Origin: Apostichopus japonicus
Taxonomy: Eukaryota
Assembly: GCF_037975245.1 (NCBI RefSeq)
Contig: NC_092564.1
Coordinates: 11,487,891 to 11,551,890 of the forward strand
Direction of reading: 5' to 3'
Length of the DNA stretch: 64,000 nt
In this document: positions 49,386 to 63,260 of the stretch, piece by piece
Layout of the letters: each line of letters opens with the position of its first letter
Position numbering within the stretch: position 1 is the stretch's first letter
The notes under the pieces: generated by a model
Databases searched by the model: none
What the model saw: the letters and a program-made list of their open reading frames with translations, nothing else
Told to the model about the DNA's origin: nothing
Made by a program: the position numbers and the translations under genes

Positions 49386-50378
49386 TGCTAATAAAACCGC
49401 AAAGACCATAGCTATACGGTTTTTTAATTAAGACATTTTTGTTTAAAATTGTAATGGAGATTAATATGATGTTTATTCAAACTTGTTGTTTTAGAGCACA
49501 TCATCTCAAGTACTGTCTTTGTACATATAGTCAGACACATCAGGTTGCTTAGCAACCAAACCGTCATACGGTATCAACTTCGGTTTCAAGAAAGCTCTCC
49601 ATCTAATCATGCATGCTATATCGACCGAATGTTGTTTATTAAGCAATGCATCTTCTTCGGTCGAAGAGAGTATATGTTAGGCCCAACAATCTTTAGAACT
49701 ATCACAGGGCAAAACAGTTCTGTTCCAGATGTCTCATAAAGGAACAAACAAAATAATACTTTCATTACTGCGTGTTGATACTTCAGTAATAAGTACCTTC
49801 AATATCATTTAAAAGGAAACTATAGTTCTAATGCTCTAGCATCTATTTTCACCATCGGCCTTAAAGTATACACTATATATTCAACTAGGCATCTCTTTAT
49901 ATTAATTCTTAAAGATATACATGTTTTCTTATGATGACATGTCTGTATGTAGCGAGTATTTCAATCTAGTAACGGTAAGTGTTCAAATGAGATGTTGGAT
50001 CGCTTAAAGCTAACCTAGTAGTGTATTCATCTTGCTGATGGTGTTTCCGTTCATTAAAACATTACCTCTGGATAACTTTCAAGAGTCATGTGGTTAGATA
50101 GCGATTAAATAGAATAAAACACTCTATCGATATTAAGGGACTGAGTAAGACCTAAAAGCAGTGAAAATGACTGTCCTTACAATGTGATCGGTATGATTAA
50201 CGTGAGTTTTTTTTTATCTATTCACAATGATCGGTACAAGATTGAGTTTTGTAATCTGCCACTATATAGAATGAAGTAAAAAAAAATAGTTGAATCAGAT
50301 TTTTCTTTGGGGGGGGGGGGGAGGGGGTGATAATAACCAGTTGTGACTGATAATTTCCAGTCTAAGTTTTCCACTCAC

Positions 50379-50609
50379 CCTGTATGGATACAGGAACTTT
50401 CTCCATCTTCTTCCAGCTCTCCCTTCTCCTTCCGGTCCAGGCATCGTCACACCAAAGTAAATCACTGTCGCGTATACGCACGCAATGATGAAAACACAGA
50501 ATACAACTATGTATGTTGGTCTATTTCCTCTTTGCCACGCTGGCTTCATCCATATCTCAGCAACCTCTTCGTCTTCCTCCTCTAGATCACCACTACCGAT
50601 GCTCGACAT
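50379..50609 (-). CDS. TM-anchor exon/ORF, family member F3 (acidic N-terminal tail)
   Basis: MSSIGSGDLEEEDEEVAEIWMKPAWQRGNRPTYIVVFCVFIIACVYATVIYFGVTMPGPEGEGRAGRRWRKFLYPYR, then donor AGG|GTGAGT at 50378. TM helix followed by VIYFGVT. Confidence 0.3.
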
Positions 50610-51499
50610 CTTGAGAGGCAGAGATCAGATTTGAGCAACAACGATATATATATAGCCGGACGAGTGAGTGGATTATCTCCGGTTAAAAATCAAAGCACAA
50701 ACCTGCTAAGAGTGAAAGCCTGAACGATCGATCGAGAGATTTGTTCAGAAGGACTAAAATCTGCCCTCGTCTTTCAGAACATATTTAAAATTCGTCACTT
50801 AGATGCATCGCTCCTTCAGGCGAGGAGATAGATATGTTGACGTGATTTATGTCCTAAACTGAGATAGGAATGACTCGTGCGGGTAAAAAATATACATAAA
50901 ATTAATCATTGACTTCGGTGTTCGTGTTTCAATAGATTTGACTCTATACAGTGAGTGAGAGCTTGAAGGTATAACGTTATATATATTGCACAGCGGATCT
51001 TAGACTTTCGTTTTGTTTGTATTATGTGTAAATAACCTCGCCAAAATCATGCAAGGAGTGAAATGGCCAACCGGCGACGGTTGTGTAAATTGTATGAATT
51101 TAAAGAGACCGTATACTATATATATATATATGATTAAAAGTGTTGTTATATAGGCAATATCCTGTACTTTATAGACGTTCTGTTATGGGCTATGGACATA
51201 CCGATCAACGTCAACTATGCCTCACTTTTGTGTATATAGTTTGAAATTATTGGCGTAGTTTAGTACCTTGTGTAACTATGACAACATAAGTCATGAACCG
51301 TTCTATTTATAGAGATGAAAGCTCAGTGATTATGAAGAAACGTTTTCATACCATGTCATAATGTGAGTGCGTGAAATAGATTATAACAGACTATTGTAGT
51401 TTCATACCATGTAATCATGCGAGTGAATGTAATAGATTATCACATTGTGTAAAAGTAAGTTGGCCTGACGTTTCGATCCTAGCAGGATCTTCTTCAGAG

Positions 51500-51850
51500 G
51501 CTAAATGACAGGTAACAGTAACAGAAGGGACACAAACACGCACAGAATACAGACAGGTTAATGAGCACGGTGAACACGATGAGATACATGTAAGGGATTA
51601 GTAGACAAGGGATGGAGAGAAGAAAGCAACAAGGGAAGACTGGAGAGGTAGGAGATAAACAGTGGAGGGACAAAGGGAGGATTAAAGGAACGGGGTAGGG
51701 AATAAACTGGAGAAGGACAAAGACAGAAAGGTGTGGAGAGAAAGTAAAAAAGGGGTGGAAGAGAGCTGTGAGAAGAGGAGTGATGGAGAGGGGGGGGGGG
51801 GGGAGAGGGAACAAAGGGAGAAGGGGGGGGCAGAGGAAAAGTTAGTCATA
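51500..51850. repeat. Purine-rich (GA/GGA) low-complexity tract
   Basis: Direct read. Generates the ORFs listed at 51494-52063 on both strands. Confidence 0.8.
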
Positions 51851-54800
51851 TTCTTGCTGAATGGTGAGCCCATGAGGTTGAATGGTGCGAAGGCGTTGCA
51901 TCCACAGCCTCATGGGCTAACTTCCAACCCTCTTTTCCCTTTCTCTCCACACCTTTCTGTCTTTCACGTTAATTTTACTTTCGGTTACATTCTTGTAATC
52001 TTTGTTCCGCAATATATACGCTGGGGAGTAATATATGTAGTCGGTTTAGGTTACCTAACTTGATGCTTCCCCCTTTGTTGTAAATAGCTCATAATATGTT
52101 TTCTTATGTAAATAATGAGATGCGTAAAAGTTTATCTCTGAAAGCGTGGTCACATCTAACAAAATTATTATTGACCTGTTGAAATATCTTGCAAACAATC
52201 GTTCCTTAAAAGTTACAAAAGATCTCACTAAATTCACATGTAAGCACCCTTGATTCCTTGTATACCCCCCCCCCCCCCGGCAGGTAGTCGATAACATCCA
52301 CAAACCGAACCCCTCCCAATTACAAAAGAAAAACAAGGCTTGTATGGACATCAATATCAACCCAAATACTAATACATACACAACAGATGATTTTTTTAAT
52401 GTTTACTTGTACTGTATTCCAGGTTTACAGTTCTTCGTCGGTGAAAATTTGATTTAGGGTTAAAGGAGAGGAACTTACGAGGAAGGAGGGAAGGGAGAGG
52501 AGGTAGGGAGGGGGAGGGGATGGGTGGGGCAAGGTTGGTCAGTGCGTTAACGTATATAGATACTAAAACTGCGAACAGGAACCGGATAGGGTGACGATGT
52601 TGTGAATTAAAACATTTCGAGTCATCATAACATGGTGACGTCATCTAGATTTGCGATTGGAAAGTCCCTGAAATAAACCCTTCCAGGAACTTTCCGTATA
52701 TATCATTGCGAAATTTAAAACGGTTCAGACTAAATGTTAGTTGACTGATCTACTGACTATAGATCACTAGAAGCTACTAGTAGAGTCCATCACTTCTGAG
52801 GGGACTAGTGCGGTGTCCCTTCTACGGTCCCCACCCTTATACCCATCACCTCTCCCTTATAAAAAAGAAAAAAAAGAAATGAAAGAAAGCACCGGGGCTC
52901 TGATTTCGGATTTTATTTCTTACACTTTCTATATCTTATATACATTCAAAAATTCGTGGATATTCATGATAGTGTCGTAATAAAAGTCCATACCATATCA
53001 TTCCTTCCTATTAAACTCATTAATTTAAAACTTGACAAGCAACAAAAGAATAATTATGTTATAGAGAGATCGTTAGATCTCGTGAAACATCAAATAGTTA
53101 TCAAGGGTTTGTTGACCTTTAAATTATCTGTAAAAAATACTGAATGTAACTAAAACAAAAACCTGGAAAAAAAGGCAAAATATTAATATATTCTTTCGTC
53201 ACTTTCGATAATTTGAAGTTCCCCGTATAAAGTCGTACGTTTGTCTTAAGGCTGCAGGTAATACATCAACATGATTTAAAAAGGTACCAAAGGATTCTTC
53301 AACAAACTCATGAATGATTTTCTTTGCTATATATGAAAGATTTTACATGAATCCATCGGTGAAAAAATTGAATTTCTTAGTCCGTGTAACAACGTTAGGC
53401 AGAATTTTTGTAATGCAACGTATACTGTGAAGGGGGGGGGGGGGGTATTGGGGCGAGAAAATGTGTCCTAGTCCAGTCCATCCCGTGTTCATCATAGTTG
53501 TGTCACTAATTTAAGCTATCGAGAAGAGAGAAGAGGAGGGGAGGAGAGGGGGGGGGGTCCATGTCACTGTACTTTTGGCTTATTCCATCTCCCACGTCCT
53601 TTGTTTAATCTTCACAAGCAACTTATTTCACCTATACACTGCTATTACAATTATTCATTGGGAGTAGGGAGGGGGTGGGGGAGGGGACACTATTAAGGTG
53701 GTGAGATTCTCTCTCCAGAATGTTACCGATTTGCTTGATTAGGAAATATTGAAGAAACTGTTTGGTTTATTTGTGTTTGTGACTAAACATCAGTTGTTAA
53801 AATAATTACAGACCTATCTATTTTGTTTCGTCCTGTATCATGTCTGTAGTAAATCCAAACCATTGATTGTATTATCTTTTGAATACATATAGATATTAAA
53901 TATGAAAATTAAATTGCTAATCAACATCATTTATATACCGCCCGGAAAATACAATATATTCGAGATGATTTTATACCAAGAAACATGTCAACATAAGCAA
54001 CAAGACGAATTCATATTAGTTGGTGATATTTCATCTGGATCATCCTCTCACTACCCTAAAATGTCTGCTCTTAACGATGAGAGATCTTATCAACTTTCTT
54101 ATCCTGCTTATATCGTTCTCTGTGGCTGATAAAGCCACATTATACCAATCATGTTATTTGGCAGTTGTTCTCTAACTGGAGAAATTCCTTTTGTGGACAG
54201 AAGGAAATTATTCCACATGCAACTGTTAATCAAATCCAAAACTCTCAGTAAAACTGTTTAGTACGTACATTTATATAGAATTAAAGGTTCTAATCATTAC
54301 ACATGTTACAAAAACGAAATAATAAATATATTTCAGGGATGATACATCTTTACGTTTTTTTACTCAAGGTAGATGAAATTTAATGTGTTTTTTCTTTTGC
54401 GATAAAGGTTTACAGCTGATCGGCAGATGAAGATTTCTCTTGGATGATTTGATCTCTAGTTTCTTCCGAGTCGATGAAGATGAGGAAAAGCCAGCCAATG
54501 TCGATGAAATTGAGAGAGAGATGAAAACCGAAAGAAATCTTCTCGATCAAATGATGAGAAACTAGATTCTTTATTGGTATATTATCCCATCTGTATGATT
54601 ATTGATATTTTATATTGATTTCGTATTGATTCTGTTTATGGTTGTTTCTCATCATTTCTAGCACCATACGTCGCTTCGATCCATTGTGTCCGTCCGGCAC
54701 TCCGTCATACCTGATCAATCTGAAATGAATTTATGAAAGGAAGTTATTTTCATTAACTGCAGAAACGAAACTTTTTTGACAGCCTATAATAGATTTCTTC

Positions 54801-57800
54801 GGTTGCTATAGCAATATTAATGTTCATTGACCGATAAGCTCGTCGCGAACTGCCCGACGGATCACGAGCCTAGCCGACTCAACTCGACCGTCGTTACGTG
54901 AAAAACCGTCATAGCCGAGCAGTACGCTTCGGTTTAAGACTATACGACTGGTAACGATATTGCCAGTTGCCCCATTATATATACATTCAATCTCGAAGGT
55001 CTCAACAAACTGTTTTGCAATACTATACTTTGTAATAATTAAGCACACAGTCACGGTGATAATGTGCCGTTTTGGCCAAAATTTGTGGCCAAATCGCAGG
55101 GATCAAACGAATGAAGAATTCAAATCAAAACAAAGGTGTCCTGTTCTTTGTAATTGGGTTTGTTCGAGGTAAAGACATTAATCGGGGCATTGTTGGAATA
55201 CATACTTGTTACCAAATGACAGGTAAAGAACAATTCGATAGTGGTGCAAAGACGACAGGGTGTGTGTGTGTGGGGGGGGGGTGGGGAGGGGTAAGAGCGA
55301 GACGGGGGGGAGTGCGAGACTACAGCACGAGGTTAATTTGAGGCCCGGAGAAATATGTTTTTTGATTTGCATAATATACCGTATAAGAGTGAAATGCGTG
55401 GGTGCTGTGACATAATATCATAGCGAGACCCGACCTGGTTCTCGACGTCTCTACGGTTCACAATTTATAACATCGTATAGAGACTCCACTATTGTTACAT
55501 CTATTACAACATCATATAACCTATGGCACAGTGCCTGTTCGCCTGTGCCTGTGCCTGTTTAGCCACACCAAAGACAATACAACGCTTGCCAACAATCTTT
55601 TAAATTTTAAAAGCGAGCTTAATCATTTAATTATCAAGCAAATAATTAATCCCCATCAATAAACAAACTTGATACGTTTGTCCCACTGACTTCTGGCCCA
55701 GTGCAGTAGTACAGCGTGCTTGTATATGCATAGGAAACAGTGACCAGTCATGGTGCGTCACCTGCAGTGAAGATGTAACCAATCACGTTGCTGCTTTCGG
55801 TCGTACGCTACAGTATAATTGTAGACCAAACTTACTTGTGTAACGTTTTGTCAGCGATAAAATCATGTATAGGTTACCGTGTATCCTAAAGTGTACAATA
55901 TAACCGTTATCCTCAATGCTGATTTTGAAACGGTAACCAAACAAACAGATGCTTATCGAAACCACGGAACAATCCAAAGGTTGCTATTTCGAGGCAGTTC
56001 ACCGTGACAGAATGAACTTTGAATTTTAAGTTTATTTATCATGTTTGTAATTAACTTACATGCTACCGCATTAAGTAACGTACCGAAAACACGAATATGA
56101 ATGGTTGACGAGCACTGCGTTTAACACTACATACTTCAGTTTCGCGAAATTGTGGCCTCACTCAGAGATTTATGAATATGTATCATGATTCTTTTACATG
56201 ATTGTCATCACGTGACGACACTCCTAGTGTATGAGCTCTGGAACTGAGAAATGGTTCAATGAACATGACGCCATGTTTGATTGTGTCTATACATAGCTAT
56301 GCTGACCGAATTTCTTCGAAACTTTTCCATCCTTACCATCTTAATTAACCTGATAAATACCAACAAGAAATTAATTTAGAAACAGGGACATGAGATCATT
56401 TAGTGTAGAATCATCTCAAGAAGTAACGATATTATGAAAATGTTATTAATAAAGGTGAACACAATTATCAATATCTCTACTTCTCCGATAATATTCTATA
56501 ATCGCAAACAACTATAGGCCATTAGCATGACTATAGGTGACATTAATTTAAGCAATAAAGTTAAATTCGACAATTTTGACAGAAGAGATGCAGTTGTATA
56601 GACGACGAAGTTCAGAAGGTATTTCTGGTAATTCTGTATGAATCTCCCACTATCACAAATACAAGCATCACGTAATGGAATTTATCTTATAACCTTGATT
56701 AATAATTCATTAATACGTGTACTGATTTATCAGATTGATAATGCTAACACGCTTTTAGCAGCTTGTGTGGTGTCTAGATGACCTTTGGTTTGTTAAAGAT
56801 AGCAAAGTTAAGACAAGCTACTGTAAGGTTGAATTAATAAAAACAGGGATTTATTAAACATCAGCTGATCACCAGCTGGTTACCTAAATAGATCGACGTG
56901 GTTATTCACATTAATTTATCTCAATTTTTTAGGTTTACATTTTAAATGATATGCCCGGTAATAATCCAAAACATCCCTTACACTGATCGCGAGCTTGATC
57001 ATACATGGTTGCCCATTTTAGACATTACTACATGAAATTATTCAAATTTAATTAATACCCACAACCAGGTTCTAAGAAGGGCGCTATGAAAATAATAACA
57101 TCTTGCCCCCTTTTTTTAAGCCATTGTAAAGTCATGTTACAAAATTGAAAATGAATATTCATTCTTCTTTATTCAAATATTTCCTCGTTCCCCTTAATTG
57201 GCCCTATCGCTTAACGTACGCTGCCTACGAGCTTCCTAACAATATAGCTGATAGAATTGAATTCTCCGCGAAGTCACTCTAGTGTGCAGCTATAGTACTA
57301 CAGTGTTACTTTCGTTGCTATTAACGTTGTTAACTATATAAAAGTTAACCATTAACGATAATTAGCTATTTCAGTTAATGCCAATAAAAACATACTCCCG
57401 ATTTGTCACACAGCTCCTCCCCAGACCATTCCCCCATTCCTCTGCAGGTCCTTTCTGGACAATACTGTGCATCTTGCAGAAAGTCGAGGTTATTAATACA
57501 CTGCCGATGTCACGACTTAGATACGGATCGCTCTGGTCTATGTAAATCAGTGCTGACACATCCATCCTCCTACATACTCCCTGCACATACATTTACATAC
57601 AAATTCATAAGCACCTCCATTTGATAAAGCAGTATTACATCATGAGGGAAAAGAGAAACATTTCAGTATCGTAAGAGAATCCAAGTCATCAAAGAAGACC
57701 CATCGACCAATTGACCGAGGGAGCAAACCTTGTAACTTTAAAGCGTGAGCTGTGGGATTCACTACTAGAGTGAAGATGACTCCATGGAAGTTTGTTATAG

Positions 57801-59271
57801 TCTGAGGAGTAATCACGGCGGCAGGGATTTCCTGTCCCACAGAAACTGTAACCCCTCCCCTCCACCACCTCGACCTTATAATACCCTCGCCTCCAATCAT
57901 TAACTCTATATTGTTATTTGTGTGTAATATATTTATACCAGATAAACAATTGAGCTGCTTTTTTAACTCATCGGTAAACGGCGTTCATTAGACAAGAAAG
58001 AAGCTGGTCTGTGATGAAGTTTTGACAGTTGTGGCTCAAAATCGTTACTCTCTTGTTATCAGGATTCATTATTTTTGTCTTGATTTGTGCTTGAAATGTG
58101 ACGTTTGCATAGTTGTCAATGTTCTCTTCAATATGAATGTTAGCAATGCCGTGCAACTAGTCTTGAAGTAGATTATTTCATCTTCCAGTGGACAATAATA
58201 GACTTTTTCAACTCAATTGCCATAATGACATCACTAACTCTGCTGTTGCCAGTTGCATTCATAAAATATGATCATATTTAAATATCTTGTATCTCCACGA
58301 CACAAAAAAAATGCTCTAAAGATGAAGTTATGACATAAGTTATAGCAGAAGAAAATTCCTAGCCATTCTGGTATGTAATGGAATTTATCCACCAGTGTTA
58401 CTTTAATAATTCTATGATTTCATGCACAACCGTATAGCAACCCTAATACAAACGACCTCAATAGCATGGCCCAGCTCTATACCAATAATAATTGATGTGT
58501 GTGTTTCATAAACACATACAGCAAATATATACTGCTTTAGTACAGTCTAAAGTAGGTTTAAGATGATTCAATTATGCTTCAATTACAAGTTAAAAATATT
58601 TGTTCTCCGAGATTCGACAGCGGGAGATTATCTTTCCAATTCTTCAAATAGTAACAAAGATGTCAAACTACCGTGAGTTAGTACTCACGAAATCATCTTT
58701 AACCATAGTTTCCACTACGAGTTACCTATAGACAGATCAGTTGAAGAAGTAACAGTATTAAAGTCAAAAGCAATGGCTCCCAATTTGTCTTTGAAGAAGA
58801 TCCTCGAATCATCAGGCCCTCTGACTTTTATGCATTTACCTACATAGGCTATTTGAAGTTGCTATAGCAGTTTGCTAACTGAGGTTTCCCTTTTATGAAT
58901 AAAATATCGTAACATGCTTTGATGTATAGTATACAATACACCATTATCCACTAACTAATAGGCAATGCACTTCAATATGAGGAAATAAAATAAAAAAACG
59001 GGGGGGGGGGACTAATGGCCCAAGGAGGTAAGGGCGTAGGGATTGGGTAGCGATTTTAAAACCGTTGGTCTATTGCTAAATGCTATATCAGACCGTAAAC
59101 CTTCATTTTTCTCCGGCTGTAAATATTATACAATAATGGAAACAAGCCATTTCGTGACTTATTTCATGTTTTCCAAACAATGGCTCCCGGTCCATAGGAT
59201 ACCATTATCGCCTAGGATACAACTTACACGTATACATAACAAACACAAAAATGAAAACATAAACATCTTAC

Positions 59272-59428
59272 CGAAAGTACGAAAGATTGGCATTCCCTCG
59301 GTAAGGCCATACCATAATACAACGACAATAACAGCTAGTATCATTAAGAGACAAATTGTTACTACTATTCCCGTGTACCCGAATGGATGGTATCCATCGA
59401 AAACTTCTACCTCCTTATCAGATGGCAT
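59272..59428 (-). CDS. TM-anchor 5' exon, family member F4
   Basis: MPSDKEVEVFDGYHPFGYTGIVVTICLLMILAVIVVVLWYGLTEGMPIFRTFG, then donor TTCG|GTAAGA (phase 1). Read-through gives only 34 unrelated residues before a stop. Confidence 0.4.
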
Positions 59429-59988
59429 ATTGAGTAAATTGAAAATTCCAATTAAAACAAAGGTAATTCTACAAATCAAACAGCTTTATTCGGTATATTC
59501 AATGATCAATTCAGACCCAAATCGATGCGTTTAGAAGATTAGCCTAATGAAAACGTTACTTGTAAAATGGACAGAGAGACGGACAGCCTTCTTATAATGG
59601 TCACGAAGGGGTGCTCAGTTATTAATAATCACTCAAGCAGTCCACACGATAAATTAGGATGGCATAAGAATTCATATAAGGAATTCGTCGTTCACACGTT
59701 GGTCTTATCCCATCAATTTTGCATATTGAGTTTAGCCAAGACTGACCTATAAGTGTGCAGAGTTTCTACTTTCATTTGGTATTGGTCACTATTTTGATGA
59801 ATATTCATGAAATTATTACTAGAAATAATTCAGATGAAATAGTTATATACGGGTAAGTGTAAAGACAGAATTGTATAATTACTTGAGGATATTTCTACAA
59901 TTAGAGAATTCCGACCGTTAGTTGTTACAGTATTTGACACGGGAGTTTAGCCTGCAATGGATCATCCGATAGGTGAATTCCGAAAGTG

Positions 59989-60265
59989 CAAGGGCGGTGG
60001 AACCGGGGGGGGGGGGGCACAGGGGGCACGTGCCCCCCCACTTTTCCTCAGGTTAAAAATGTGCCCTTTTTCTACATAAAAATTGAGGTGTCTCAAGTTA
60101 GCAAGAGGCCAGGGAACCAGAATGAACACTCGGGAAGGGCCGTTTCCGGGCCATCTGAGGGGTTTGTAAAACCAAAAATTTTCTTGTACGCTCCGCGCCA
60201 ACTGATGGTGGCGCTCCGCTCACATAGTCGTGCATACAACTTTGCAAATCCTGGCTACGCCCCTG
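59989..60265. mobile_element. MITE copy, same family (hairpin core GCGCCAACTGATGGTGGCGC at ~60200)
   Basis: CAAGGGCGGTGGAACCGG-polyG ... TTTTCTTGTACGCTCCGCGCCAACTGATGGTGGCGCTCCGCTCACATAG ... CCTGGCTACGCCCCTGAC. Same internal core as the copies in the first 5.5 kb. Confidence 0.5.
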
Positions 60266-63124
60266 ACTTTTAATGAATTTCTGTGGGTCAAACTCAAAGC
60301 TATTTCGAATGGAAAAATTTGTAAAGATATTAACGAGAAATAAACTCTAATTCCGAAGATTCCTACATTAGCAACTAGCATGATTTCACCTCATTTTGTC
60401 TCAAAAGAAAACTTGTTCCTTGTTTCCCATTTTGCACATTGGATATTGCAGTGCTAGTATGCATATTTTTCTTTAGGGTGGGGGGGGGGGGCGTTGATGG
60501 AGTGATGTGTATACGCAAATAAGATAATACAATAAGAGTTATAATGGGTACTAAATGTAAGGCTGCATCAGTCCAATCGAATTTCTGCAAAGTGCCCTTT
60601 GATGTCGGTGCCCCCCAGATTAAAAGTGCTTCCGCCGCCCTTGCGAAAGTGTCTACCCCCCCCCTCGTCCACCACCCTTCATTTACATTTCGAAAAAGCT
60701 TTCTAAGTATGTCTTTAACTGCAGTGTACTCTTCAAATTAACTACATTCCTTATGTTCTGAGGTTACTAACAATTATCAAATATATAAGGGGGTGAGGGC
60801 GGGATGAAGAAGGGGTGTTTCCTCTTACATTACACTAAGAAAACGTTTGGGCAAAATGTTACACAACACTGAAGTGATGATGCGACTGACGTCACAGAAG
60901 TAATTAACTATACAAGCTGTCTGAGTTTTGATGTAACTATTCTCGCTATAACAAATGTTTGAACAGACTCCATATTGTTCCTTGACGTTGCGTGAGGATC
61001 ATAAAGGGGTTGAAACACTTTAAAAACATCACAGGCTAATAAAGTTAGAGAAGGCCTGACGTTTCGATCCTAGCATGATCTCCTTCTAAGTCCAACATTG
61101 ATCAAGTCTGTAACTATGGAAACAAAATACAACACTTAATCGGAACTTACGTACATTTTGCATCCAAGCACCCTCCATTTTCACAAAATGTAACCAAGGG
61201 AGGAGTGGTCATCCCTCCTCCTAATATCCCTCCCCCACGACATAACATCCCATCCCCTCTCCTCCCCTAACGAATGCAAACCAGTGAATGCCCCTCTGTT
61301 TTCATATACCAAACATATTGAGTTTACTATTCATGCTATGGTACTTTTGTGGATAGGTAACAGAATTTCAGAGGGTCTTTACATATTAGCAATAGCAACT
61401 TGAGTAATACAAGCGGGTAGTATAACGTTCACGCGAACAAGATGCCATGTGAAGGAAAACTTCATCGGTCCCTTATTGTTTCATGTAACTATGTCATTAA
61501 GTCACTGGTGCAATCATACGACAGGACATGATTGTTTGGTGTAGCAATAAACAGTAAGGTAATTGCATTAAAGTGATATTCCAGTGGGATCCAATGTAAC
61601 ATATACGTAGGAGAAAGTATTGCGGCCCTAAACACGAGATGTGGTTGATTGAATGTAACCTAGGTTCTTCCGGGAGTTGTTTACCGTAGATGTTATCACA
61701 ACAGATGTTCTTTAAAAGCTTTACTTTCATTTAATAACCAGCTTGTAGAATTATCCTTAAAACGTAATACATTTGGAATGTTAATCGGAATTGGAAATCT
61801 TAAAGTGTTCTTGGTATCTTGCATTCCATCGCAATGATGCAACTTGTTTGTACATATATTTTGTCCTCTGTGAATAAGTCAGTTTGATATGTTACAAAAA
61901 CAAACAATATGTTTGACATACACTTTGTCCTCTGCGCATAAGTGAGTTTAATATGTTATAAAAAATAAATCAAACCACTTTCAGTTCAATTTTCGTCATG
62001 AATATAATTCACTCTATTAAAATAGGTTGTAATTTACTTTTATAAGTAATAGCAAACATACATGTTATTGACTTTACATAATAAATACACCATAATACAC
62101 GCCATGGCTGGTATGGAAGGGTGGGAGGTGGGGAGGTTGGGAGGGTTCGGAAGGAAGGAGTGGTGCAAAGTAAAATCATGAAGTGAAGTATACTATAATA
62201 AGTCGTTCGTTCATGAATCCTTTTCAGTTCCTACCCCCTTACCCCTCCTCATTCACCAAATTTCATTACTGAGTTCCTGCCTGCTCAACGGTTAACTCCT
62301 TCTGTATTGATTCTCTCTGCAAAGAAATCTTTTAAAATTGAAACAACCTTTAGTCGATTTAAACTTTGAAAGCGTATAGGAAGTATGAAGCACAACTTGT
62401 CCCCTGTCACGATCTCATCATAGTTTCAATCTCTGTTTTACGCAATTGTTTCAGCAAGGGACCTAACTTCCCACCAGGAACAATCCTGATGCTAACTTTG
62501 GTTATGCTTATATTAATTTATAATATATCTGTAACAGACAGCGCACCTTTGCCTGTTCATGTATATAGCCTACTTGTTCAAAAGAGGTAGCGGTATGGGG
62601 TGGGGGGGGGGGAGCGGAACGAGGGCGTGCAAGTAGACCGACAATTCATATCCCTAACAAACTAATATCAAGGTATCATGTGTTTATATAGCAATGCGAT
62701 ATTGTTACATCGGTATACACTATATAAGATATATATTGTATTTATATACTGTGCTCGCAAAGGCCTTTCCATTAGACTGGAAAACTAAGTAGTCTTTATT
62801 ATTTTTAAAAAGCTTACCTCGTTATAGTTACAGTGTTGTAGTGAACACCATGCAGGCAGGAGCGTCAGGTATGTTGTCGATAAATTCTCAGTAATATGAT
62901 GGATTATACAAAGTATCGTATTGCCTAAGTTTTAGACTATAGGTGTGAGTTTATCTAAGGTTTGAGATCCAGAGTGGCAATACATACTTGCAAGAAAGTA
63001 AGTTATTCGTTAACCATGACATCTCATAGATGGCCAATGATTTGGCAGGACACTATTTAGATTGAATTATCTACTGTTATATTTCAGTATGTCTATAATA
63101 AAGTACACGAAAGACTCTGCTTAC

Positions 63125-63260
63125 CAAAGGTACGAAAGATAGGAAGTCCTTCCGTAAGTCCATACCATAACACGACTCCCGTAGTGCCTAAAATCATTAA
63201 AATGCATAAAAACACTACTACTTGAACACTAGAGATCGATCCGTTCTCATTGTCGGCCAT
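63125..63260 (-). CDS. TM-anchor 5' exon, family member F5 (paralogue of F4)
   Basis: ATG at 63260-63258 (minus). MADNENGSISSVQVVVFLCILMILGTTGVVLWYGLTEGLPIFRTFG, then donor TTTG|GTAAGC at the position equivalent to F4, also phase 1. The last 17 residues are near-identical to F4. Confidence 0.4.

Noticed and set aside
59043-59534. 163-aa plus-strand ORF, the longest in the gene-poor zone
   Set aside because: Antisense to TM-anchor exon F4. The composition is low-complexity (T/I/K/S-rich) and there is no start context. Most likely spurious.
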